Below, piece after piece: positions 8,230-16,848 of a DNA stretch of 64,000 bases. Below the pieces are notes generated by a model. That model made no database searches. It was not told the origin of the DNA and saw only the letters and a program-made list of their open reading frames with translations. The stretch's first letter is position 1, and each line of letters begins with the position of its first letter. This stretch comes from a virus. Location: IMG/VR virus record IMGVR_UViG_3300032073_000008, positions 32,001 to 96,000 of that record, one strand, 5' to 3'. Position numbers and translations under genes: made by a program.

Positions 8230-8745
8230 GTTCTTCTTTCTTAGCTTATCTAACTTCTTTTTCTGTTTCTTTGCCTTTTCAACATGATATGATGATGCTT
8301 TGCTCAAGAAGTTAATCCCAATAAGGTGGTCATATTCGTGCTGAAAACACTTAGATGTAAAGTCAGTCAAATTTTTTGTTATTGTGACACCGTTATAATT
8401 TGAGAATCTAGCTCTTATATTTACAGGTCTTTTTACTGGGATGAAGATTCCAGGAAAACTCAAACACCCTTCTTCTTCTGTCAAGACCTCATCAGAGTAC
8501 CCAACAATCCTTGGATTGAACACTGGTAAGACATCATCTGGTTTAGCTGGTAATCCAATAACAAATACTGATAAATTTATTCCGCATTGGTTTGCTGCCA
8601 GACCAACACCGCTGTTTTCAAGCATTGTAGCCTTGAGCCTTTCAAACAATACAACTGGATCCATCTGTGGGTTTTGAAAATCAAACTCTTGTGTTGGTGT
8701 TCTTAAACACTGATGTGAGCTTGATACTAATTTATATGGCTTCAT
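8212..8745 (-). CDS. def: Peptide deformylase
   Basis: GVGLAANQ, EGCLS, QHEYDHL.G motifs. Confidence 0.95.
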   Translation of the reverse strand: MKPYKLVSSSHQCLRTPTQEFDFQNPQMDPVVLFERLKATMLENSGVGLAANQCGINLSVFVIGLPAKPDDVLPVFNPRIVGYSDEVLTEEEGCLSFPGIFIPVKRPVNIRARFSNYNGVTITKNLTDFTSKCFQHEYDHLIGINFLSKASSYHVEKAKKQKKKLDKLRKKNLTNYI

Positions 8746-10457
8746 GCTGCTATCCTGCTAAATGATTTAAACTTCTCAAAGCGTATTTGACTGCGGAACT
8801 TATCAGTCAACACATCACCTTTGGTATGTGTGATAATAAAGACATTGGTGTCAGACATGTTGTTTAGTAGTTTAGTCAACTCATCTGTTCCAGTTAAGTC
8901 AAGAGAGTTATCAAACACCTCATCAAGTATCAATAGGTTGGTGTTAGTAGAGTTTTTTAATTTGGCTATTGCTCTCCATGTAAGTAGTAGAGCAATATCA
9001 ATACGAGTCTTTTCACCCTCAGAGAAACTTGCATATGAAAACTCATCACGATGACGACTTTTGATTATCTCATTAAACTCCTCATCAAGCTCAAAGTTCA
9101 CAAAGAAGTCTAGAGCTGATAGATACTTATTAACTAGCTTGTTCATAATAGGAACATACTGCTTAATTATTTTAGACTTGATGCCACCGTCTTTCAGCAT
9201 AGTTGAGGCAACCTCAAATAACGCTTTATCATCAGATAGATCTGACGCTTGCTTCTTGTAAACATTCAAGTCTTTCTTGAATTGTTTAAGTTTACCACTA
9301 GAATCGCTGTCGGCAGTAGCCTGCTGTTCAGCCTCTTTGATCTTTTTCTCCACACCACTAATCTGTTTACCATACAAATTTATCTGGGTCTGGCAATCGC
9401 GTATTTTATTCTGAACATCTTGTATCTCATACTGCACAGTGTTCATCTCGCTCAGTTCTTTGTGTAGAATATCATACTCTTCATTTAATTGTTCAACAGC
9501 TTCTTGCGTCTTGTGTAGTATCTTAGTAGTATCATCAACCTTCTGTTTCTTAACCTTCATGTCAATGATCTGTTCGCAAGTCGGGCAGTTATCATTCTTC
9601 TCATAAAACTTAATTCGCTTCTTAGCTTTTGATGACTTATCTTCCAGCTTATCAAGAAGTGATGTAATCTTATTTGACTTAGCTTCAAACTTCCCTTTGT
9701 GAGAGATTGAATCAATCAGAGTGTCAACTGTCATGGTAAGAGCAATACAAAGATTGTCAGCATCCTGCTTTGATTCAACATAACCTTGTGCCTCTTCTTT
9801 TAAGGAGCTGATCAGCTTGTTAGCATCAGATGTGACCTTCTTCAAGTAGTCTTGCTGTATATCTATTTTCTCTTGAGTTATGTCAAGCTGATATTGAATA
9901 TCGGATATACTTCGCTTGTTCTCAGATACTCGCTCTTTCAATAGCATATTCATTGTTGAGAATATCTGGATATCTAGCAGGTCTTCAATAACTTCTCTGC
10001 GATCACGAGTAGACAGCTGCATGAATGGAGTGAATGAAGCATTACCCAAGATAACAATCTGAGTGAATGACTTGTAGTTCAACTTTAGAATAGTGTTCTC
10101 TAGGATAAGCTGATAGTCTCTCGCATTTCCAGGTTGGTCAATCATCTTACCATTCTTGTATATCTCAAAGAATGCTGGCTTCATACCTCTACGAACTTTA
10201 TATCCAACTGTACCAATAGAAAACTCAATAGAAACCTCACAACCCTTTTCATTGATGCTGTTACAAAGCAATGCCTTATTGACTTTGCGGAATGGCTTAT
10301 TGAATAGTACAAAGGTCAGTGCATCCAGTATAGTCGACTTCCCAGCACCGTTTTCTCCAGTTATAACTGTGCTTGGAGAACGATTCAACTGTATTTCAGT
10401 CGCCACATTACCTGTGCTCAGGAAATTTTTATAAGATAACTTCTTGAATTCAATCAT
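8742..10457 (-). CDS. gp46: Recombination endonuclease ATPase subunit (Rad50/SbcC-like)
   Basis: GENGAGKST, CPTC zinc hook, FSEGEK, LLILDEVFD. Confidence 0.97.
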   Translation of the reverse strand: MIEFKKLSYKNFLSTGNVATEIQLNRSPSTVITGENGAGKSTILDALTFVLFNKPFRKVNKALLCNSINEKGCEVSIEFSIGTVGYKVRRGMKPAFFEIYKNGKMIDQPGNARDYQLILENTILKLNYKSFTQIVILGNASFTPFMQLSTRDRREVIEDLLDIQIFSTMNMLLKERVSENKRSISDIQYQLDITQEKIDIQQDYLKKVTSDANKLISSLKEEAQGYVESKQDADNLCIALTMTVDTLIDSISHKGKFEAKSNKITSLLDKLEDKSSKAKKRIKFYEKNDNCPTCEQIIDMKVKKQKVDDTTKILHKTQEAVEQLNEEYDILHKELSEMNTVQYEIQDVQNKIRDCQTQINLYGKQISGVEKKIKEAEQQATADSDSSGKLKQFKKDLNVYKKQASDLSDDKALFEVASTMLKDGGIKSKIIKQYVPIMNKLVNKYLSALDFFVNFELDEEFNEIIKSRHRDEFSYASFSEGEKTRIDIALLLTWRAIAKLKNSTNTNLLILDEVFDNSLDLTGTDELTKLLNNMSDTNVFIITHTKGDVLTDKFRSQIRFEKFKSFSRIAA

Positions 10458-10467
10458 AAAATATAAA

Positions 10468-11526
10468 TTACTCTATTGTAAGGGATTCATTATATAACGA
10501 ACGGAGCAGAGAGTCAAGCCTTTCCTTTGGAACAGTGTCTGGCAATCCACTAACATACTTTGAGAGTATTGTCATGGTATCTTCAGCTTCATTAACTATA
10601 TCCTCATCATCCTCTAGATTCAGATTCATATGATCATCTACAATCTGAATGTTCAATGGATCAACTTTATATAGCTTATCCATGTAAAGATCAAACCAAT
10701 ATGGGTTGTCACACTTTTGCTTGATGACTTTAACATATGTGTTTCTGAAACCTTCAAAATCAACATCAAGGATTTCATCCATAGTCTTGCCAGACTCATT
10801 ATAAAATAGCTTGTGAAACATAGAATATGGATTGCGGATAAACTCTAGATCACGAGTGTCAGTGTCATAGATATGAAAACCTTTCACATCACCATAATCA
10901 GCCCATGTTAGTTCATATGGACACCCAAGATATTCTATGTTTTTAGTGGTAGATTTATGATGGAAGTGACCAGAGCAAACAAGATCAAACTTAGAAAAAT
11001 CTGAGATCTTCATGCCGTGTTCATTCATGTTACCGCGATCCATCAAACATCCAGCAATCTCTAAGTGACCAAACAATACTTGTGCTGGAGTATCTTCCAT
11101 AGCTTGTATTGCTGCTGAATAATTTTGATTGTTTATCCATGGCATGATATGAATATCATGACCGTCAAAGTTTAGGTCGGTTGGATCTGAATAGTAATTC
11201 ACATTACTTTTATCAAACAACTCACGCATGGAATTTACATCGTTGGTGTTCTTATACGGAACATCGTGATTACCAACTATGACATGAAGCTCAATACCTT
11301 CCTCTGTGCACTTGTCAATGAACATCTCTTTCATTCTACGAAGTGTAACATAGTTGATATATTTGCGTCTATCAACAATATCACCCAAATGAATGATTGT
11401 GTCAATACCTTGCTCTTTCAAGTGAGGAAAGAAATGTTTGCTATAAAACTTCTCGAAGTAATCTAAGAAGTTCACATTATCGTTACGAATACCAAAGTGT
11501 GTGTCTGTTACTAAACCTATCTTCAT
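10468..11526 (-). CDS. gp47: Recombination endonuclease nuclease subunit (Mre11/SbcD-like)
   Basis: DTHFG, GDIVD, GNHD, GHLE, SGHFH. Confidence 0.97.
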   Translation of the reverse strand: MKIGLVTDTHFGIRNDNVNFLDYFEKFYSKHFFPHLKEQGIDTIIHLGDIVDRRKYINYVTLRRMKEMFIDKCTEEGIELHVIVGNHDVPYKNTNDVNSMRELFDKSNVNYYSDPTDLNFDGHDIHIMPWINNQNYSAAIQAMEDTPAQVLFGHLEIAGCLMDRGNMNEHGMKISDFSKFDLVCSGHFHHKSTTKNIEYLGCPYELTWADYGDVKGFHIYDTDTRDLEFIRNPYSMFHKLFYNESGKTMDEILDVDFEGFRNTYVKVIKQKCDNPYWFDLYMDKLYKVDPLNIQIVDDHMNLNLEDDEDIVNEAEDTMTILSKYVSGLPDTVPKERLDSLLRSLYNESLTIE

Positions 11527-11559
11527 GTGATAATATACCCTTTGACTGGCAGATGGTTA

Positions 11560-11588
11560 ATTATACTACAATTCAATACAAGTGTCAA
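11560..11588 (-). promoter_or_regulatory. Perfect-consensus sigma70 promoter for gp47-gp46-def
   Basis: TTGACA-N17-TATAAT. Confidence 0.85.
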
Positions 11589-12142
11589 GCAGAGTCCTTA
11601 GAGACCTTTTTCTTCACTTTTCTGCGTTTATTAGCTTCAAAGTCTTCAACAAACCGAGCCATATACTCTTCAGTCCATTCACTATACTTCATATCATCAT
11701 TATAGTCTTTACCACCATCGTGTTCTTGTCGATCTGATGTGTCACCTACCACATTGGTGTGTTCAGCATATTTAATTTTGACATAGAGATTCTTTTTCTC
11801 TTTCTGAATTCTACGAAGAAACGCATAGTAGATAATCTGAGTAAAATAGGCAAATGGATTGTTTGACTTCTCAGGGTTAAAGTTGTCAATATATTGTAAA
11901 CAGTTTTCAATACCATCGCAGATCATTTCATCGCGAAAAGTATAGTTCACAAAGTTTGGTTTATATGACAAGTGGGTGGCGATCTTCATGATGCATTCAG
12001 CAATATAATTAGGAACAACAGGTCTTGGATCACCAGCTTCCTTTGCTTCCATTACACTCTGGCGAAATTCAGTCATCGCCCCCAGAAACTTTTTATTGTC
12101 TACATAATATGGCTTTTTCTTCGCTTCTTTGCTCTTACTCAT
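11585..12142 (-). CDS. gp55: Late-transcription sigma factor
   Basis: YVDNKKF, KIATHLSYKPNFVNYTFRDEMI.DGIENC, NPFAYFTQIIYYAFLRRIQKEKK; start MSKSKE after GAGGGG. Confidence 0.95.
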   Translation of the reverse strand: MSKSKEAKKKPYYVDNKKFLGAMTEFRQSVMEAKEAGDPRPVVPNYIAECIMKIATHLSYKPNFVNYTFRDEMICDGIENCLQYIDNFNPEKSNNPFAYFTQIIYYAFLRRIQKEKKNLYVKIKYAEHTNVVGDTSDRQEHDGGKDYNDDMKYSEWTEEYMARFVEDFEANKRRKVKKKVSKDSA

Positions 12143-12149
12143 AATCCCC

Positions 12150-12569
12150 TCAATGCATTGATGTATTTGCTGATAAATGATAGACATTATCTATCTGTTT
12201 TGGTTTATCATCTATAATTTTTAATTTCTTCAACAGCTCATCTATTTCTTGTGCTGTCATCGAATCCTTCTTACTATTAAAAAAAGTGCCACCATCTTCC
12301 CTCATCGCCCTTAAACAGTTATCATAATATTCAACCATATCATCATCAACATCTACTGTTACTAGGATAGTAGATTGTTTTAAGTGAAGCAAGTTTACTG
12401 CTTTAGTTAATGGAACCCATATTGTAGATATACAAACTGGCGATGCTCCTGTCCTAGACTGTATGATCATTTGAACTGGATCTATAATATGTAGATGAGT
12501 TTCATCTTCATGTGTAACTTCTGCTATTAGTGTATCACCATTCACCAGCTTAATAATCTTAATGCTCAT
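12150..12569 (-). CDS. Conserved T4-like hypothetical protein (Sm-like fold suspected)
   Basis: IIKLVNGDTLIAEV...WVP pattern; syntenic between uvsW and gp55. Confidence 0.6.
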   Translation of the reverse strand: MSIKIIKLVNGDTLIAEVTHEDETHLHIIDPVQMIIQSRTGASPVCISTIWVPLTKAVNLLHLKQSTILVTVDVDDDMVEYYDNCLRAMREDGGTFFNSKKDSMTAQEIDELLKKLKIIDDKPKQIDNVYHLSANTSMH

Positions 12570-14031
12570 TATCAATTCCTATGTTATATATTTTGTATGT
12601 AAAGTTTTCTTCATTATACATTTTAACCCTTACTGCAAAATGTTTCAATGTGTGGTTGTTGTATGACTTCCAGCTAAGATCATCTGATATGTCATAGAGT
12701 GTAGCAACCTCTTTACTGTCCCCTTTCCTCAAACCACGACCTATTGACTGTAAGTTCCTTATGCGTGATTTACTAGGACTAGCAAAGATAACATTATGTA
12801 AGTTTCTGATATTAATCCCAGTTGAGAAAGTTCCATAAGAAGCGATGATAATTGCATCTTCTTCTTTCTCAACAACTGCTCTAACTTGTTCTCTTGTTTC
12901 TGCATCTACTCCACCGTATATAAAAAATACTTGTCGACCTTCTTCAGCCGATTCTTTTATTTGGTTATACAACATCTTACCGTGTTTTTCTACATATTGG
13001 AAGAGTAATAGTGTATTACCTTTTCTTGTCAAAGTCAAGTTCTTAATGAACGCATTTCTTCTATCGTGCTTGACCAAGAAGTCCATTTCTTCCTGATATG
13101 TTTTCCTATTCATCATCTTACGAATAGCATCACTATATTTTAAAACTAGACATTTTATCCTGAAGTCTGCCAAAGTATTATTATCAATAAGCTCTTTGGT
13201 TGTTATCACTTTCATAACTGGACCAAACAAACCCTCTAGCACCAACTTGTTTGTTACAGTTCCGTCTAATGTACCTGTGAAGCCAAACCTATATTTACAA
13301 TCAACCATCTTCTCCATTATCTTGGTGAGTGATGTAGCCTTAAATAAATGTGCTTCATCTCCAATTATAATATCAAACTGATCAAAATATGATTTTGGTT
13401 GTTTATATATGCTCTGCCATGTGCTGATAATTATTTGTGCTTCAGGGTCAGATTTTGCTTGACCTCCAGTCACTAAGTGTGTATAATAAGGTTGTCCCTT
13501 TTCGGAATAGTCTATAAAGTCAGTATTCAACTGAGAAACAAGTGATGTAGTTGGTACAATAACCAGAGCTTTCTTACAAGTCTTTCTTAGATAGTATTTC
13601 AGTAAGCAGTAGATAATGAATGATTTACCTGATGCTGTTGGGGAAAGGATCAAGGCTCTGTGATTGCGGATAGCATGAGCAACTGCTCTTAGCTGATAGT
13701 CTCTTGGTTTATAGTTTTCCTCTTCAAGAAATTTCTCTAATCCATTTAATGGCAGGTCAATAGTATCATCCAAACCATCATGTACTATGACTTCATAATC
13801 CCTTTCTTCAGCAAACTTCTTTAACTTCTCTATTAGACCAACATATATCTGCATTGAATTAACATTAAAAAGTCGGATTTTTCCATCCCACATTTTAGAT
13901 CTAACTGAAGGAATGAATGATGCATTAGGCACAAGAAACTCAAAATAACTTGAAAGTTCCATAGCGATACCACGATCACATTCGACCTTTAGATGCACCT
14001 CATTCTTCTTGTATATGTTGATCTGTTCCAT
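12559..14031 (-). CDS. uvsW: SF2 DNA helicase UvsW
   Basis: PRDYQ, SPTASGKS, DEAH, TGT, QSIGRGLR. Confidence 0.96.
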   Translation of the reverse strand: MEQINIYKKNEVHLKVECDRGIAMELSSYFEFLVPNASFIPSVRSKMWDGKIRLFNVNSMQIYVGLIEKLKKFAEERDYEVIVHDGLDDTIDLPLNGLEKFLEEENYKPRDYQLRAVAHAIRNHRALILSPTASGKSFIIYCLLKYYLRKTCKKALVIVPTTSLVSQLNTDFIDYSEKGQPYYTHLVTGGQAKSDPEAQIIISTWQSIYKQPKSYFDQFDIIIGDEAHLFKATSLTKIMEKMVDCKYRFGFTGTLDGTVTNKLVLEGLFGPVMKVITTKELIDNNTLADFRIKCLVLKYSDAIRKMMNRKTYQEEMDFLVKHDRRNAFIKNLTLTRKGNTLLLFQYVEKHGKMLYNQIKESAEEGRQVFFIYGGVDAETREQVRAVVEKEEDAIIIASYGTFSTGINIRNLHNVIFASPSKSRIRNLQSIGRGLRKGDSKEVATLYDISDDLSWKSYNNHTLKHFAVRVKMYNEENFTYKIYNIGIDNEH

Positions 14032-14033
14032 AA

Positions 14034-14465
14034 TTAACCTGTGGTAAACTGTGCCCAATCAATTGCACTTTTGATTTGAAAGCCACGACTATTAATGCTT
14101 TTGATAATAGACTCTAAATAACTGACTTTTTCTTCTTGCATACCCAACTGAAGATTTGCTTGTATCATCATATCATCTGATTCTATATATGTTTCCACTT
14201 CATTCTTTAATAATTTCTTATAGAACTGCTCTCTGTTAATATCATTAAGTTCAGATTGATCAAGCTCACCAAGATAATACTCAAGGAGCAACTTGCGAGT
14301 CTTCTTTGTTTCGGCTTTTAGTTTGATAAGAGCTACACGCTCACCCATATAGATTTTGAGATACTTGTTATGGACAACAGATATTTTGGCACTTTCCGCA
14401 CCAAGCTCAGTTTCATCTAGTTTACAGTCTTTATCCCATTCAATAACAATTTGTTCTATATTCAA
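14034..14465 (-). CDS. uvsY: Recombination mediator UvsY
   Basis: HNKYL, R.FQIKSAIDW..F..G; TTG start after GAGGTG. Confidence 0.9.
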   Translation of the reverse strand: MNIEQIVIEWDKDCKLDETELGAESAKISVVHNKYLKIYMGERVALIKLKAETKKTRKLLLEYYLGELDQSELNDINREQFYKKLLKNEVETYIESDDMMIQANLQLGMQEEKVSYLESIIKSINSRGFQIKSAIDWAQFTTG

Positions 14466-14498
14466 TTTTCACCTCATAAAATAGTTACATGCTTCAAT

Positions 14499-14527
14499 AT
14501 TATATCGTATTACTGAATTGTAGTCAA
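14499..14527 (-). promoter_or_regulatory. Sigma70 promoter for uvsY-uvsW
   Basis: TTGACT-N17-TATAAT. Confidence 0.8.
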
Positions 14528-15031
14528 CTCATATTTCCTATAATTAAAACTGACTTGGGCTGAAAGATAATCAACATCAGAGTTCTCTATACTAAACTCT
14601 AATGATGAAAGATTAGTTGGGTACATATCAACAAATTTAACTTCAATATTTGGTGTCATGGCTGCAGTCGTGATAATCATTGAACCATCAGAATATATAT
14701 TACCAGTGTTGTCTTTAGTTCTTCCAAGAGCCTTTGATTGATCAAAACTGTCTGGATAACCAAGACCAATCAACCAATCGTATATTTCAGAAAAGTTTTT
14801 CATATCTTCATCAACGCGGAATGTTAATTGCAACGCACCAAAGTCTAGCTTGTCACCTGGAATTGGAAGTTTCGCGAATGGATTTTGAACTTCAGTTGGT
14901 GCACTAAGAGAGATATCAGGTATCGCTGCAGCAGTACAAAAATAATTTACATGTGGCAATCTTTGTACGCTGAATCTAAACCCTATTGGAGAAAGAAAAC
15001 TTTTATTTGTTGGTTGTGATGGAACAGTCAT
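14510..15031 (-). CDS. gp3: Tail completion / tail tube terminator
   Basis: FLSPIGFRF, V.YFC....PDI, FRVDEDM.NF.EIYDW, P..LS.L.F. Confidence 0.9.
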   Translation of the reverse strand: MTVPSQPTNKSFLSPIGFRFSVQRLPHVNYFCTAAAIPDISLSAPTEVQNPFAKLPIPGDKLDFGALQLTFRVDEDMKNFSEIYDWLIGLGYPDSFDQSKALGRTKDNTGNIYSDGSMIITTAAMTPNIEVKFVDMYPTNLSSLEFSIENSDVDYLSAQVSFNYRKYELTTIQ

Positions 15032-15057
15032 TTGCTTTTCCTATGATTAATATTATC

Positions 15058-15065
15058 TATTTATA
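15058..15065 (-). promoter_or_regulatory. Late promoter for gp3
   Basis: TATAAATA. Confidence 0.8.
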
Positions 15066-15071
15066 ATCAAT

Positions 15072-15100
15072 AAAAAAAGGGGAATATTAAACTCCCCTTT
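15072..15100 (-). terminator. Rho-independent terminator after the YRGV peptide
   Basis: AAAGGGGAGT-TTAAT-ATTCCCCTTT followed by a T run. Confidence 0.85.
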
Positions 15101-15117
15101 CTTCCACGCACTAACAA

Positions 15118-15216
15118 TTAACTGACCTTAACACCTCTGTAAACACGCTCAGATCTAGTTTTATTTTTGGCAGATTTTTTAGGTGCAACTCGCACACCAC
15201 GATATATAATAGTCAT
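15118..15216 (-). CDS. 32-aa DUF4278-like basic peptide with two YRGV motifs
   Basis: AGGAGA SD; MTIIYRGVRVAPKKSAKNKTRSERVYRGVKVS*; not in the ORF track. Confidence 0.85.
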   Translation of the reverse strand: MTIIYRGVRVAPKKSAKNKTRSERVYRGVKVS

Positions 15217-15243
15217 AGCTATCTCCTATAGTTAAATAAAAGA

Positions 15244-15297
15244 TGCGTTCCTTCGACACAATTGTCTACTTCCGTTCACTTATAGTGAATGAACGAT
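15244..15297 (-). ncRNA. glnA-type (glutamine-I) riboswitch
   Basis: AUCGUUCAUUCACUAUAAGUGAACGGAAGUAGACAAUUGUGUCGAAGGAACGCA: P1 CGUUC/GAACG, P2 UUCAC/GUGAA, GGAAGUA/GAA E-loop, P3 GACA/UGUC. Confidence 0.88.
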
Positions 15298-15350
15298 GTA
15301 GTCTTTTGACCGATGACTTATCGGAGCATATCAGAATAGATATACACCAT

Positions 15351-15358
15351 TATTTATA
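15351..15358 (-). promoter_or_regulatory. Late promoter driving the riboswitch-peptide unit
   Basis: TATAAATA just downstream of the gp23 terminator. Confidence 0.8.
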
Positions 15359-15363
15359 AGAAT

Positions 15364-15390
15364 AAAAAAAGAGGCTCCGAAGAGCCTCTT
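15364..15390 (-). terminator. gp23 terminator with cUUCGg tetraloop
   Basis: AAGAGGCTC-TTCG-GAGCCTCTT followed by a T run. Confidence 0.92.
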
Positions 15391-15423
15391 ATAAAGTTGT
15401 CTGTTAAGACAGATCTTTTTATC

Positions 15424-16791
15424 TTATACCAAGTTAGCAACTTTAACGCGACGGTAGTAAGAGTTTTTACTAGCAAAGTTAACAGCACTTGCAGCAAATG
15501 GGTTCGCAACCATGCCGTAGCGAGTTTTGAAACCGATTTTTGGTTGGAAGGTATTCTCACCAACCGCACGAACCATTTGTAGAGGCACATATGGGCAGTA
15601 GAATAAACCAGCATCAAAGGCACTATCACCTTTGTAACCAATAGTGAAGTAGTTGTTAGTTGTATCAGAGAAGTATGGATCAATGTATACTTTGATACGA
15701 CCATTTAATACACCAGCGAAAGTGTTACCAGTGTCATCTACTTGCAAGTTGTTGCTAAGTGCAGGAGCATAGTCAAGAACACCAGCCATTTGAAGAGCAG
15801 AAGCTACATCAGATGAAGTGATCAAAACATTACCTTTACCGCGACGAGTTGCTTTACCGATTGCGTTAGCTTCACGCTCGATTTGGAACATTAAGCCTTT
15901 GAACTTCTCAACAGACCAGCGACCGTTTGAGTCAGTGTCTAGATCGAAAACACCATTATTAGTTACAAGACCTTGTGCACCGATAGTAGCAGTGTAGTTG
16001 ATAGTACGAACAACTTCACGGTTAATTTCAGCAAGGATCTCAGTAGATAAGATGTTGCTTAACTCTTGCTCAGCATCTAAACCATGGACAGCTTTAAGAT
16101 CTTGAGCTAATTCCATAGTGTATTCTGCTTTTAACGCACGAGATACAGCTGTTACACTGATTTTCTCGATAGAGAACGCCATTTCAGCAAAAGAGTTACC
16201 AGCTGCATCGCCAAGAGCTTCAGCAGTAGCAGTTGACATACCAGTGTGAACAGTATAGCCAGAACCAGAAGCAGCTTCAGTTGCATCTTGACCAGCTTGA
16301 GTAGTACCAGCAGCACCATCGATTACACCACCGAAGTTTGCTGTGTTAGCAGTCTCACTACCGATTGCAGAGAATGAAGTGTCAGCTTCGTTAAATAAGG
16401 CTTCAGTACCAGCTTGAGTATTGAGGCGTGATTTCATCGCAAAGATAAGACCAGTTGGACCAGTCATTGGCTGTACGCCACAAATATCATAAGCGATAAG
16501 GTTAGGCATTGAGCGACGCACTAAGCTGATTAGGACAGGATCGAAAGTATCGACACTACCGTCACCAGCAGTAGAGCTAGATGCACCCATTGCGTTTACT
16601 GGTGCTGCTTCGCCTAAAAGCGAAGGAGCGTGAGCACCGCCAGACTGAGCAGATTGCTCAGCTGCAGCTCGTTCTTGGTTTTCTAAAAGAGTTGCAACAG
16701 TTGAACGCTTGTGAGCGTCAGTGATCGAAGGAAGATCAGCGTGCTCAAGAACAGGTTGCCACTTCTTTTGTAGACTATCAGATTGAATCAT
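15424..16791 (-). CDS. gp23: Major capsid protein
   Basis: KWQPVLEH, DICGVQPMTGPTGLIFAM, SRALKAEYTMELAQDLKAVHGLDAE, FQPKIGFKTRYG. Confidence 0.99.
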   Translation of the reverse strand: MIQSDSLQKKWQPVLEHADLPSITDAHKRSTVATLLENQERAAAEQSAQSGGAHAPSLLGEAAPVNAMGASSSTAGDGSVDTFDPVLISLVRRSMPNLIAYDICGVQPMTGPTGLIFAMKSRLNTQAGTEALFNEADTSFSAIGSETANTANFGGVIDGAAGTTQAGQDATEAASGSGYTVHTGMSTATAEALGDAAGNSFAEMAFSIEKISVTAVSRALKAEYTMELAQDLKAVHGLDAEQELSNILSTEILAEINREVVRTINYTATIGAQGLVTNNGVFDLDTDSNGRWSVEKFKGLMFQIEREANAIGKATRRGKGNVLITSSDVASALQMAGVLDYAPALSNNLQVDDTGNTFAGVLNGRIKVYIDPYFSDTTNNYFTIGYKGDSAFDAGLFYCPYVPLQMVRAVGENTFQPKIGFKTRYGMVANPFAASAVNFASKNSYYRRVKVANLV

Positions 16792-16835
16792 TATAGGTTC
16801 TCCTTAAAATAAGACCTTTTATTAAATTACTTGAT

Positions 16836-16843
16836 TATTTATA
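16836..16843 (-). promoter_or_regulatory. Late promoter for gp23
   Basis: TATAAATA. Confidence 0.85.
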
Positions 16844-16848
16844 AAAAA

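Noticed and set aside
15354-15704. 116-aa ORF overlapping the end of gp23
   Set aside because: Out-of-frame overlap that runs through the terminator; no SD or motif
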